Of a DNA stretch of 64,000 bases, positions 48,337 through 59,176 are shown piece by piece (the first letter of the stretch is position 1; each line of letters starts with the position of its first letter). The stretch lies in NCBI GenBank assembly GCA_947303785.1, contig CAMYZH010000001.1, positions 3,896 through 67,895 of the forward strand, read 5' to 3'. The translations under genes were made by a program, and so were the position numbers. The notes under the pieces were generated by a model, which saw only the letters and a list, made by a program, of their open reading frames with translations, ran no database searches and was not told where the DNA came from. This stretch comes from an uncultured Clostridium sp. (GTDB lineage Bacteria > Bacillota > Clostridia > TANB77 > CAG-508).

Positions 48337-50988
48337 TTATTTTTTAAAGATTCTTCTTTGGAAAAATTTAAATATTTCTGTTATAGGTAAAACTGCAAAT
48401 GCAAGTCCAAATGCAACAAAGAATTCTTTAATATTTATATGAGTTAGACCAAATAATTTTGATAATATAGGAATATATATTACTCCTAATGTAAATATAA
48501 TACTTAATGCAAATGAACCTAATAACCATGGGTTTCTAGTTTTCATAGTTAGAATTGAATCCTTTTGTGACCTCATTGAAATTGCATAAAATATTTCAAC
48601 TAAATTAGCTGTTAAGAATGCCATTGTCATTCCATCTGCTGATTCAAAAAATCCAAATTTTCTTAATTCCATAAATTGACCTATAAAAAATGAAACCACA
48701 ACTATTATTGCCATACATAATCCATGTGTAATAGTCGCAAAACCGGCGCCATGTGCAAATACACTTTCATTAGAATTACGTGGTTTTCTCTTCATGACAT
48801 CACCTTCTGCTTTTTCCATACCTAAGGCTAGTCCTGGTGTACTATCAGTTATCATATTTATCCATAAAAGTTGAGCTGGTGTAACAATACTTACTCCAAA
48901 TGCAGAGGCCATAAACACATAAATAACTTCTGCTGCATTTGTTGCTAGTTGAAATTGTAATACTTTTCTTATATTGTCATATATTTTTCTTCCTTCTTGT
49001 ACTGCATTTACTATTGTTGCAAAATTATCATCTGCTAATACCATATCAGATGCACCTTTTGTAACATCAGTTCCTGTAATTCCCATACTTACACCAATAT
49101 CTGCTTCTTTAATAGAAGGGGCATCATTTACGCCATCACCTGTCATTGCAACTACTTGATTTTGTGATTGTAGTGCTTTTACAATTTTAGTTTTATGTTC
49201 AGGTTGAACTCTAGCAAACACAGAATGAGTTTTTACGACTTCTATTAACTCCTCATCTGTTAATCCATCTAAAGAATTTCCTGTAATTGCTTCATTTGCT
49301 TCTTTGATGATTTTCAAGTCTTTTCCTATTGCAGTTGCAGTATCTATATGGTCTCCTGTAATCATTATAACTCTAATTCCTGCACTTCTACAGTTATTGA
49401 TAGCATCAAACACCTCTGGTCTACATGGATCAATCATTCCAACAAATCCTATAAATATCAAATCATTTTCTAAGCTTTCACTATCAATTTTTTGTGGAAC
49501 ATTATCATATTCTCTGTATGCTGCGCCAAGAACTCGAAGAGCCTGATCTGCGTATTCTTTATTTAGTTTTTTTATCTTTTCCTTAATTTCATCAGTTAAA
49601 GGAACAACTTTATTGTTTTCATCTAAATATTTAGTTGATCTTGCAAGTAAAATTTCACAAGCACCTTTTGTATATTGAATATATCCAACTTCTTTTTTAT
49701 GAACTGTTGTCATCATTTTTCTCATAGAATCAAAAGGAACTTCTCCGACTCTTGGCATTTCTGCTGATAATTTATATTTAGGTAATTCTAATTTATTTGC
49801 ATAATTTACTAAAGCCGCTTCTGTAGGTTCTCCAATTGCTTCTTTATCACCTTGCTTAATCGTTGCATCTGAACATAAAGCCATTGCTGTAGCTAATAGT
49901 TTTTCATCATTTGTTTCAGCTTTTGTAACTGTCATTTTATTTTGTGTAAGTGTTCCAGTTTTATCTGTACATATAACTTGTGTACATCCTAAAGTTTCAA
50001 CTGCATTAAGTTTTCTAATCAATGCTTGTCTCTTTGACATTGATGTTACACCCATAGATAATACTATTGTAACTATTGCAGGAAGGCCTTCTGGAATTGC
50101 TGCAACTGCAAGTGCAACAGCAACTAAAAATGTATCTAGTATATGTTGCCCTGATATATCTCCTGTTTTAATTATTCCAAATATAAATACAAAAACACTT
50201 ATTGCAATTACTAATTTAGTTAATACTTTTGAAATTTCAGACATTTTCTTTTGTAATGGTGTTTTACTCTCTTTTGCACTTTGCAAAGCATCTGCTATTT
50301 TTCCCATTTCAGTATCCATTCCAGTACTTACAACTACTGCTTTTCCTCTACCATAACTTATAGTACTTCCACTATATAACATATTAGTTCTGTCACCTAG
50401 TGGAATGTCTTTTGTAGTATCTTCTAAATTAATTAAATCTACAATTTTACTTACAGGAACTGACTCTCCTGTAAGTGCTGCTTCTTCAACTTTCATACTA
50501 TATGATTCTAATATTCTACAATCTGCAGGAACAGCATCTCCAGCCTCTAAAACAATAACATCACCTACAACTATATCTTCGCTTTTTATGTTTTTAATTA
50601 CTCCATCTCTAATTGTTTTTGAAGTTGCTTTTGTCATTTCCATTAATGAATCAATTGCATGTTCAGCTTTGCTTTCTTGTACTAGACCTAAAATAGTGTT
50701 TATTATAACAACAAATAATATTATAAATACATCGGCAAATCCATCTCCACTTGCAATCGAAGTTACTGCTGATATAATTGCTGCTGCTATAAGCATTATT
50801 ATCATTGGATCTAATAATGATTTTATAAATTTTTTTACCATTCCATCTCTTGGTAGTTCTTTTAATTTATTTTTTCCATTTTTTTCAAGCCTTATTGTAG
50901 CTTCTTTCTGGGTTATACCATTTTCTGTAGAATTAAGTTCTCTAAGAACTTCTTTACTTTCTTTTAAGTATTCTTTCAACTTTCCCAT
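48337..50988 (-). CDS. P-type cation-transporting ATPase, Ca2+ (P2A/YloB-like) type
   Basis: 883 aa. TGES, the phosphorylation site ICTDKTGTLT, MITGD, VAMTGDGVNDAP and 10 TM segments. Confidence 0.95.
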   Translation of the reverse strand: MGKLKEYLKESKEVLRELNSTENGITQKEATIRLEKNGKNKLKELPRDGMVKKFIKSLLDPMIIMLIAAAIISAVTSIASGDGFADVFIILFVVIINTILGLVQESKAEHAIDSLMEMTKATSKTIRDGVIKNIKSEDIVVGDVIVLEAGDAVPADCRILESYSMKVEEAALTGESVPVSKIVDLINLEDTTKDIPLGDRTNMLYSGSTISYGRGKAVVVSTGMDTEMGKIADALQSAKESKTPLQKKMSEISKVLTKLVIAISVFVFIFGIIKTGDISGQHILDTFLVAVALAVAAIPEGLPAIVTIVLSMGVTSMSKRQALIRKLNAVETLGCTQVICTDKTGTLTQNKMTVTKAETNDEKLLATAMALCSDATIKQGDKEAIGEPTEAALVNYANKLELPKYKLSAEMPRVGEVPFDSMRKMMTTVHKKEVGYIQYTKGACEILLARSTKYLDENNKVVPLTDEIKEKIKKLNKEYADQALRVLGAAYREYDNVPQKIDSESLENDLIFIGFVGMIDPCRPEVFDAINNCRSAGIRVIMITGDHIDTATAIGKDLKIIKEANEAITGNSLDGLTDEELIEVVKTHSVFARVQPEHKTKIVKALQSQNQVVAMTGDGVNDAPSIKEADIGVSMGITGTDVTKGASDMVLADDNFATIVNAVQEGRKIYDNIRKVLQFQLATNAAEVIYVFMASAFGVSIVTPAQLLWINMITDSTPGLALGMEKAEGDVMKRKPRNSNESVFAHGAGFATITHGLCMAIIVVVSFFIGQFMELRKFGFFESADGMTMAFLTANLVEIFYAISMRSQKDSILTMKTRNPWLLGSFALSIIFTLGVIYIPILSKLFGLTHINIKEFFVAFGLAFAVLPITEIFKFFQRRIFKK

Positions 50989-51020
50989 ACCTCCTTATTT
51001 TGCAAAAAGACTTCTTACAT

Positions 51021-51058
51021 AAAAAAAGACTTGTTTGCATTTATTTTGCAAACGAGTC
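51021..51058 (-). terminator. Rho-independent terminator located ~35 nt upstream of the ATPase start
   Basis: Minus strand GACTCGTTTGCA / TGCAAACAAGTC stem (51028-51058) followed by TTTTTTT (51027-51021). Confidence 0.65.
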
Positions 51059-51222
51059 TCATTATTTAAAATATAACCAGATTATAAAAATCGAGAATGT
51101 TGGCTATATTGCACTTTTTAAGTACTAATTACTCCCTCATTTTTAATATATAATATTATATATTAAACTTTTTTGATTTACAATAATTATTATCAATTTT
51201 TTGTCTTTTTACTCAGTACTAA

Positions 51223-53184
51223 CTATTTTGCAGGCTTTTTATCCAATTCTTCTTGACTTAGATTATCCTCATTGTTTTTTATTGAATCTATTATTGTTAT
51301 AAATTTAACCCTACTTTCAACTTCACTATTTTCTACAGTAAATGTATTGTATTTGTCTGCTAATTCTTGTAATTTTTGTGCTCTTAAAGAAACATCTCTA
51401 ATATCTTTGTTTAGAAAATCACATATAGGTTTAATACCATTTTCATTAAATTCGTGAATTCCATTTGATAATTGTTCTGCTCCCTCGTAAATTGTTTTAG
51501 CTCCCTCTGTTAATTGGGTATCATAATTGTATATAGTATTTGCACTTGTTTGTAATGTATCCAAACCTGATTTCATTTGATTAGATCCTGTTTTAATCTG
51601 TCTTGTTCCAGCTGCTAATTGAGCACTTCCATTTGTTAATTCTTTTGCTCCTGCTGATAATTGATTAGTACCAGCTATCATTGTACCTAATCCACCTGAC
51701 AATTCATACATATTTTCTTTTATCATTTGAGTTCCCTGACTCACCTGCTCTGCTCCATTTTTAGCACTATCTATACCTTCATATAGTGTTTGTAATTTTG
51801 TTTTTGTTTGTGTATTTATGGTTTCAATTAATTGTTTATATCCTTGTGCATTTGTTTGTAATTCTCCTGCAATTTTAGTATTATTTTCTATTATTCCCAA
51901 TAATGTTTGTTTTGTTTCTTCATCTTCAGCAGCATCTGCAATTTCTTTAAGTTTTTGATTTTCTGCTTGTAATTCTCCTGCTTTAGTTAATTCAACTGTC
52001 ATTAAAGATGTTAAATTTTGTACAATTTCTTGATTTTGATTATTTATTTCTTCTTTGATTCCATCTTCAATTGTCTTTAATCCATTAGCTACACTTCCAG
52101 CGCCATATACTAATCTGTCAATATCTCCTGTTGATGAGTCAACTCTTTGTTTCATATATGTAGCACCTTGGCTTAACTGTTCTGTTCCATCATATAATTT
52201 TTTTGAACCTGCTTGTAATTTTTGAGAATTTGCATCAATTTGATTTATCCCATTATTTATCTGCAAGTAGCTTGAATTTGCTGTACTTACACCATTTGAA
52301 AATTGACCTACAGCACTGTTAAATTCTTGTGATTTTTCGTAATATTCTAAAGTTCCTTGTGCTAATGTATTTGCACCTTCTTCTATTTTTTTACTTGCTG
52401 ATTGTAATTGATCAACTTTTGAATAGATATCGTTTAAATTTTTCATTAAATCTAGATTTTCATCATTTATTTTAAGTGGTGTAATATAAGTAATTATATT
52501 ATTCATTTCAAAATCTTTTGCGCACATTGTTATCTCAATTGATTCTGGTATTTCAAAAGCATTTTTAGTTATATTTAAACTTTCTTGTAAGCCTGGAAAT
52601 GCAAGTCCAACTATAAATGTTTTTGTGCCATCATCTATTATTTTACCATTTTTTATTTCTATATTCTCTATTTTTTCATTATTAATATATGTTCCAATTG
52701 CAACTACAAATGGTGTATACATTTTTACATATTGTCCATTCATCCAAATACTATGTTCTTGATTATTCTTTGTTTTTATTATTACTTTTACATTACCTGT
52801 TTTCCCACCAATATCACTGCTATTAATTTTTTCTCCATCTAGTTCATATTCAACTGACACTAAAACTGGTAATTCTTTTTCAGTTTCTCCTTTGTAGTAA
52901 ATATCATTTGAATTTGCTTCCCAAGTTATAATACTTCCATTTTGAGTATATTTTTCATCTCCATTTGTGTTTTCAATATTTATAAGATCTGTCATATCTT
53001 TTAATATTTTTTCATCATCTATGTTTTCAAGATGTTCTGCAACTATCGATTTGTATTTTTCCCCATTACTTTTGGCATTTGAATATACAGTTTCATCCTT
53101 TGTAAAAGCCATAACTGGCAAGCAATACATTAACATTGTTCCAATTAATAAACCTGCTGAAAATTTTTTTACACTATTTAGCAT
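51223..53184 (-). CDS. Secreted YhgE/Pip-N-terminal-like protein with x-x-x-Leu-x-x-Gly heptad repeats
   Basis: 653 aa with a signal peptide. Repeated segments include LQAGSKKLYDGTEQLSQG, LSAGAKELTNGSAQLAAGTRQIKTGSNQMKSG and LTEGAKTIYEGAEQLSNG. Confidence 0.6.
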   Translation of the reverse strand: MLNSVKKFSAGLLIGTMLMYCLPVMAFTKDETVYSNAKSNGEKYKSIVAEHLENIDDEKILKDMTDLINIENTNGDEKYTQNGSIITWEANSNDIYYKGETEKELPVLVSVEYELDGEKINSSDIGGKTGNVKVIIKTKNNQEHSIWMNGQYVKMYTPFVVAIGTYINNEKIENIEIKNGKIIDDGTKTFIVGLAFPGLQESLNITKNAFEIPESIEITMCAKDFEMNNIITYITPLKINDENLDLMKNLNDIYSKVDQLQSASKKIEEGANTLAQGTLEYYEKSQEFNSAVGQFSNGVSTANSSYLQINNGINQIDANSQKLQAGSKKLYDGTEQLSQGATYMKQRVDSSTGDIDRLVYGAGSVANGLKTIEDGIKEEINNQNQEIVQNLTSLMTVELTKAGELQAENQKLKEIADAAEDEETKQTLLGIIENNTKIAGELQTNAQGYKQLIETINTQTKTKLQTLYEGIDSAKNGAEQVSQGTQMIKENMYELSGGLGTMIAGTNQLSAGAKELTNGSAQLAAGTRQIKTGSNQMKSGLDTLQTSANTIYNYDTQLTEGAKTIYEGAEQLSNGIHEFNENGIKPICDFLNKDIRDVSLRAQKLQELADKYNTFTVENSEVESRVKFITIIDSIKNNEDNLSQEELDKKPAK

Positions 53185-53186
53185 AT

Positions 53187-55253
53187 TTACACTCCTTTCA
53201 TTTTTCTTGTTGTTTTACAAATTATTTTATCAAACAATAATAAGAATGCTGGTAACATTGTAATTACAACTATTACACTTATTATTGCTCCACGGGCCAT
53301 CATTTCACATAATGATCCAATTAACTCAATTTTTGAAAACATGCCAACTCCAAATGTTGCTCCAAAGAAACATAAGCCACTTACCATAACTGAACTAATT
53401 GAACTTTCTAATGCTTCTGTAGCACTACTTTTTTTATCTTTCCCTTCTTTTCTGAAATTAATATATTTTGTTGTTATTAAAATTGCATAATCAATTGTTG
53501 CTCCAAGTTGAATTGTTCCAATTACTATTGATGAAATAAATGGAATCGTATTTCCCATTAAATAAGGAGCTCCCATGTTTATAAATATTGCACACTCAAT
53601 AACTAAAATTAATATAATAGGTAATGATATTGAACTTAAAACTATAATCATGATAATAAAAATAATACCTATTGAAACTGTGTTTACACTATTAAAGTCA
53701 TGATTGCTAATTTCTACTAAATCTTTCATCAGAGGTCCTTCTCCAACAAACATTCCATTTTTATCATATTCCTTAACTATTTTATTTATTTCATTTATTT
53801 GATTATTTAATTCATTTGAAGCAACTTCATATTTTGAACTTACTAAAATCATTTTGTAATTATCACTTTCAAATATTTCTTTTACTTCATCTGATAAAAT
53901 TTCTTCAGGCACATAAGTTCCAATTTTTGAATAAGATAGTGTAAAATCTACTCCATCTATTTTTTCTATCTTTGCAAGCATTTCGTTAATTTTATAATTT
54001 TCTAAGTCTTTATCTACAATTATCATTGCTTCAGATGTTAATCCAAACTTGTCATGTAATTCTTTGTTAGCAGAAATACTTGGCAATGAATCTGGTAGTG
54101 AAGCATCAAGCTTATAATAAACTTTTGTATTATTTTGACAATACCATGCAATTGGCATGATTATTACAAATATTATTAATGCTACTATGTAGTGTTTAAT
54201 TATAAAATTTGATAGTTTTGTAAATTTTGGTAAGAATTCTCTGTGTTTTGTTTTTTCAATTAATCCATCAAACTGTAATATTAAAGCTGGCAATACTGTT
54301 ACAACAGTGATTATTCCGAACAAGACACCTTTTGCCATAACAATTCCTATATCTTTTCCAAGTGTTAAACTCATACTACATAATGCTAAGAAACCAGCAA
54401 TTGTAGTTAGTGAACTACCAAGTACTGCGGAAAATGTTTGTGAAATTGCACTTTCCATAGCTTTTTCTTTTGTATCATATTCTTGTTTCTTAGCTGTATA
54501 ACTATGATATAGGAATATTGCAAAATCCATTGTTACTCCCAATTGCAATACTGCACTTATTGCTTTTGTAATATATGATATTTCGCCTAAAAATACATTT
54601 GTTCCCATATTATATAAAATAGCAATTCCTATATTGATAAGCAATAAAATTGGTGATACAAACGAATCTAATGCAATTTGCAGTATTACTAAACATAGTA
54701 AAGCTGCAATTATTACATATGAAAGCATTTCTGATTCAGATAAATCTTTTGTATCAATTAATGTTGCTGTCATACCACTTATTTTGCACCTTTTATCTGT
54801 AATTTCTCTTAATTTTTGAACTGTATCCATAGTGCTTTCTGATGAAATTGCATCTTTAAAAGTTACAAGCATTAATGTATTTCCATTTTTATATAGTTTT
54901 CCTTTTATTTCATCTGGAATCACTTCCATAGGAATATTACTTCCAATTAAATCTGAAGCGCTTAATACTTTTTCCACATTATCTATTTTTTTAATTTCTT
55001 TTTCTAAATTTATTATGTCTTTTGTTTTCATATTATCTAGCAAAATAATTGAAAATCCACCCATTTTAAATTCATCTGATAATATGTTTTCACCTTGCAT
55101 AGTTTCTATCTCTTCTGGGAGATATACCAAAATGTCATAATTTACTCTTGTTGCCTTATATCCAATTATTGAAGGTATTAATAACAATAAAGCTATTATT
55201 ATTACAATTGTTTTATGTTTGCATACAAATTTAGATATTCTAGACATTATCAA
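53187..55253 (-). CDS. MMPL-family (RND superfamily) membrane transporter
   Basis: 688 aa in two 6-TM bundles, each preceded by an extracytoplasmic domain. It has typical MMPL architecture and is paired with the heptad-repeat protein. Confidence 0.85.
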   Translation of the reverse strand: MIMSRISKFVCKHKTIVIIIALLLLIPSIIGYKATRVNYDILVYLPEEIETMQGENILSDEFKMGGFSIILLDNMKTKDIINLEKEIKKIDNVEKVLSASDLIGSNIPMEVIPDEIKGKLYKNGNTLMLVTFKDAISSESTMDTVQKLREITDKRCKISGMTATLIDTKDLSESEMLSYVIIAALLCLVILQIALDSFVSPILLLINIGIAILYNMGTNVFLGEISYITKAISAVLQLGVTMDFAIFLYHSYTAKKQEYDTKEKAMESAISQTFSAVLGSSLTTIAGFLALCSMSLTLGKDIGIVMAKGVLFGIITVVTVLPALILQFDGLIEKTKHREFLPKFTKLSNFIIKHYIVALIIFVIIMPIAWYCQNNTKVYYKLDASLPDSLPSISANKELHDKFGLTSEAMIIVDKDLENYKINEMLAKIEKIDGVDFTLSYSKIGTYVPEEILSDEVKEIFESDNYKMILVSSKYEVASNELNNQINEINKIVKEYDKNGMFVGEGPLMKDLVEISNHDFNSVNTVSIGIIFIIMIIVLSSISLPIILILVIECAIFINMGAPYLMGNTIPFISSIVIGTIQLGATIDYAILITTKYINFRKEGKDKKSSATEALESSISSVMVSGLCFFGATFGVGMFSKIELIGSLCEMMARGAIISVIVVITMLPAFLLLFDKIICKTTRKMKGV

Positions 55254-55364
55254 TAAACTCCTTTCCTTCTTTTTCCATTTTATAATTATAAACTGATTTT
55301 TATATTTTACAACTACAAATTTGCCTTATATTAAAGATATTCTACATTTTTTTATTTTTGTATA

Positions 55365-55398
55365 TACTTTTGTAGATTATCTTTACTTTTGTAGATTA
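55365..55398. repeat. Tandem 15-bp direct repeat in the tetR/mmpL divergent promoter region
   Basis: ACTTTTGTAGATTAT occurs at 55365-55379 and again at 55384-55398 (period 19 bp). Confidence 0.8.
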
Positions 55399-55421
55399 TT
55401 GTATTATTATAATATTAGTTG

Positions 55422-55446
55422 TAATTATCTATTTCTGCTAGATAAT
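55422..55446. promoter_or_regulatory. 9-bp inverted repeat, candidate TetR operator
   Basis: AATTATCTA (55422-55430), 7 nt spacer, TAGATAATT (55438-55446), about 30 nt upstream of the tetR start. Confidence 0.4.
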
Positions 55447-55477
55447 TTATTATTTTAACTAGAAAGAGGAAAAATAT

Positions 55478-56038
55478 ATGTCTGATTTAAGAACTCTTAG
55501 AACTTATAAATTATTAAAAGATGCTTTACTTGAATTATTAAGTAAAAATTCTTTTGATATTATTCGCGTAAATGATATTTGTAATTTAGCTATGATTCAT
55601 CGAACAACTTTCTATAGCCATTTTTCTGATAAATATGAATTATTAGATTATGTTATTAAAGATGTAGAAAATGAATTATTATCAGGTTTTAATGTTTCTG
55701 ATTATTCATCTCCTAAAGATTTTTATACTGGACTTGTTATGAATCTTTTAAATTATCTTGGTTCTAACAAACAATTTTATAAAAATGTTATGAAAAACAA
55801 TTACAGTGCTGTTATTATGAATATTTTTCATAATTCTGCAATTACACATATTTCAAATATTATTGAAAAAGAAGAAAAACAAAATGGTAGAAATGAAATA
55901 CCAATCTCTGTAAGAGCTGAGTTTTTCTCTGGTGCTGTTACTTCTATTTTAATGTGGTGGCTGACCTCAAATAGTAGCATTTCAGAAGAAAAATTATGTA
56001 ATTATATTATTTCTTTAATTTTTGATGCTCAGGATTGA
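55478..56038 (+). CDS. TetR/AcrR-family transcriptional regulator
   Basis: 186 aa. N-terminal HTH (IRVNDICNLAMIHRTTFYSHF). Divergent from the MMPL operon. Confidence 0.85.
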   Translation: MSDLRTLRTYKLLKDALLELLSKNSFDIIRVNDICNLAMIHRTTFYSHFSDKYELLDYVIKDVENELLSGFNVSDYSSPKDFYTGLVMNLLNYLGSNKQFYKNVMKNNYSAVIMNIFHNSAITHISNIIEKEEKQNGRNEIPISVRAEFFSGAVTSILMWWLTSNSSISEEKLCNYIISLIFDAQD

Positions 56039-56094
56039 TTTTTTGATTTATTATTGATATTATTATATATATTTTAAGAAAGGTTTTTAATAAT

Positions 56095-56460
56095 ATGTCT
56101 AATTTGAAAAAAATATTTGTTTTAATTTTTGTAATATCTTTAATAATTTGTAACATAAGCTTTGCTGCTACTACTTCAAGGACGCTTGATGATGATGAAG
56201 ATTTAGATGAAGATGTTTCAAATTCTTATGAAGATGAAGAAGATGATGGTGAAGACGAAGAAAATACAAATACTTCATCTGGAAACAGAGTAAAATCTCA
56301 AACTTCTACAAATGCTCAAAGTACTACTACAAATACTACTACAACAGGAGTTGACAATACAGATTTAGGTATTTCTAATGCTTTATCACTTGTTTTAATC
56401 GCAATTGGAGTTTTATTAATATTTTTAGCAATTGCAATATTAATTCGAATGAAAAAATAA
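56095..56460 (+). CDS. Small secreted/anchored protein with acidic and Thr-rich low-complexity regions
   Basis: 121 aa with a signal peptide, a D/E run, a T-rich run and a C-terminal TM. RBS AAGAAAGG lies upstream. Confidence 0.5.
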   Translation: MSNLKKIFVLIFVISLIICNISFAATTSRTLDDDEDLDEDVSNSYEDEEDDGEDEENTNTSSGNRVKSQTSTNAQSTTTNTTTTGVDNTDLGISNALSLVLIAIGVLLIFLAIAILIRMKK

Positions 56461-56477
56461 TTTTTTTAAAATATAGA

Positions 56478-56509
56478 GAGCGTTTTAATAAAAACGTTCT
56501 TTTTTTTTT
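56478..56509 (+). terminator. Rho-independent terminator
   Basis: GAGCGTTTT / AAAACGTTC stem followed by a T10 run. Confidence 0.65.
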
Positions 56510-56572
56510 GCATATTTTTGTTTTCAATGTAAATACTAAATTTAGATTATGAATTTAATTTGGAGGTTTACT

Positions 56573-57064
56573 ATGAAAAATAAAATAATTATATTTACTT
56601 TTTTATCTGTAATATTCTTTTCTCTGATAAGTACAGTTTATGCAACAGAAGATTTTAAAGATGACCTAAAAGATACTGCAAATTCAATGCAAAATACTGC
56701 ACAAAGTGCTGGAGACATGATGAAAGATTATGCAGAAGATGCTAAAAATCAAATGATGGATAGTACTGATAAAGCAAGAGATAATATGAAAAACGCTGCA
56801 GATGATACTAAAGATAATATAGAAAACATTGGAAATAATGTAAGAGAAACTACTAATGATATGGCAAATGTAATTACATCAAATCAAACAACAACAGAAA
56901 ATTTAACTGGAAATTATAATACTACTAAAACAACCGCTAATTCCCCTACTACAGCATCTAGAAATGCTACTATGTGGATGTGGATTATGCTTGCAGTTGT
57001 TGCAGTTTTAATAGTAGGACTAGTTTGGTATTATGCATCACAAACAAATAATACAAAACATTAA
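56573..57064 (+). CDS. Secreted/anchored protein with repeated D-x-x-K-D/N motifs (YtxH/LEA-like composition)
   Basis: Signal peptide (IIIFTFLSVIFFSLISTVYA) and a C-terminal TM. The start is set at ATG 56573, 6 nt after GGAGG (track start 56549). Confidence 0.5.
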   Translation: MKNKIIIFTFLSVIFFSLISTVYATEDFKDDLKDTANSMQNTAQSAGDMMKDYAEDAKNQMMDSTDKARDNMKNAADDTKDNIENIGNNVRETTNDMANVITSNQTTTENLTGNYNTTKTTANSPTTASRNATMWMWIMLAVVAVLIVGLVWYYASQTNNTKH

Positions 57065-57207
57065 TAGTATTTTACATTTTTCTTAAAAATCTTTTTCGAA
57101 AAATGTTGAGTACTATTAGAAAAATTAGGGTATTAGAACATTAATTGTTCCAATACCTTAATTTTTATGTTATAATTGTAATTGTAAATTTTTTAGGAGT
57201 ATTTAGA

Positions 57208-57660
57208 ATGGAAAGAAAAATAATTGCAAAAAATCCAAATGCTTATCACAACTATGATATAAAGGATAAAATTGAAGCTGGTATTGAACTTACAGGTACT
57301 GAAATTAAATCAATAAGAAATGGGAAAATTAATTTAAAAGATTCATATGCTATTATTAAAAACGGCGAAATATTTGTTTATGGTATCCATATTAGTCCAT
57401 ATGAATTTGGAAATATATATAATAAAGATCCTTTACGAACACGTCGCTTATTATTACATAAACACGAAATTAATAAATTATTTGGACAGGTTAAGCAACA
57501 AGGTGTTTCTCTAGTTCCTATTTCAGCTTATTTTAGTGGATCTATTGTTAAAATAGAATTAGGTATCGGAAAAGGCAAAAAACTTTATGATAAACGTGAA
57601 GATTTAAAGAAAAAAGATGATCAAATGTATATTAAGAGACATCAAAATGATTTTAAATAG
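57208..57660 (+). CDS. smpB: SsrA-binding protein
   Basis: MERKIIAKNPNAYHNYDI...GIELTGTEIKSIR...LLLHKHEI is the canonical SmpB sequence. The start is set at ATG 57208 behind TAGGAG (track TTG 57145). No tmRNA gene was seen next to it. Confidence 0.9.
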   Translation: MERKIIAKNPNAYHNYDIKDKIEAGIELTGTEIKSIRNGKINLKDSYAIIKNGEIFVYGIHISPYEFGNIYNKDPLRTRRLLLHKHEINKLFGQVKQQGVSLVPISAYFSGSIVKIELGIGKGKKLYDKREDLKKKDDQMYIKRHQNDFK

Positions 57661-57702
57661 AAAAAAGCCATTACTTTTTTATGAAAAAGTAATGGCTTTT
57701 TT
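57661..57702. terminator. Bidirectional terminator between smpB and fba
   Basis: GCCATTACTTTTT / AAAAAGTAATGGC stem flanked by A6 and T6 runs. Confidence 0.7.
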
Positions 57703-58650
<948 letters not shown>

Positions 58651-58771
58651 TTATTATTTTTACCTTTTTAATTTTATTTCTTATATTTTTTTTTGTCAAG
58701 TTGCTAATTTTTTATTGTTATGTTATACTACCATTATAAATTTATAGAATACAAATGAGAGGTGATTATAA

Positions 58772-58915
58772 ATGATAGTTATGAACCACGATGGAGATCT
58801 TTTTGATGAAAGACGTAAAAAAGATAGAAGAACGAAAAATTCAAGCGTTGATAATGAAAGACGCAAATCAGATAGAAGGAAAGAAAATATTAATGAAGTT
58901 AAAAAGAAAAAATAA
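58772..58915 (+). CDS. 47-aa highly basic small protein (not in the ORF track)
   Basis: ATG 58772 lies 6 nt after GAGAGGTGA. It encodes MIVMNHDGDLFDERRKKDRRTKNSSVDNERRKSDRRKENINEVKKKK with a duplicated ERRK-x-DRR motif, and a hairpin terminator follows. It competes with the track ORF 58791-58979, which has no RBS. Confidence 0.4.
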   Translation: MIVMNHDGDLFDERRKKDRRTKNSSVDNERRKSDRRKENINEVKKKK

Positions 58916-58920
58916 AGTTT

Positions 58921-58945
58921 ATGGGATGAATATTTATCATCCCAT
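58921..58945. terminator. Shared terminator hairpin between two convergent small genes
   Basis: ATGGGATGA / TCATCCCAT stem with TTTTT on the plus side. Confidence 0.6.
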
Positions 58946-58947
58946 TT

Positions 58948-59115
58948 TTAATGTGCATTTTTATAATTTGAACATATAGTTTCATCTTCTTTTCTAGATG
59001 TAGTATCTGGAAAAGGCTTTACAGTTATTTGTTCTAGCTTACAATATGGATTTTCAATTCCATTATATTTACAACTTTGTACTGTACATCTGATTGTTTG
59101 ATTATTCTCTTCCAT
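58948..59115 (-). CDS. DUF1540-family small cysteine-rich protein (not in the ORF track)
   Basis: 55 aa, MEENNQTIRCTVQSCKYNGIENPYCKLEQITV...ETICSNY. The C-x-V-x-x-C-x-Y...C...I-x-V...ET-x-C pattern matches DUF1540. A strong RBS AAGAGGAGG lies 9 nt upstream of ATG 59115. Confidence 0.6.
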   Translation of the reverse strand: MEENNQTIRCTVQSCKYNGIENPYCKLEQITVKPFPDTTSRKEDETICSNYKNAH

Positions 59116-59176
59116 AAATATAAAAACCTCCTCTTATGGTATGTATTTATTATACCCTAAAAGGAGATTTTTAATC

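Noticed and set aside
58791-58979. The track ORF of 62 aa on the plus strand.
   Set aside because: It has no RBS and reads through the terminator hairpin at 58921-58945. It overlaps a better-supported 47-aa frame and the convergent DUF1540 gene.
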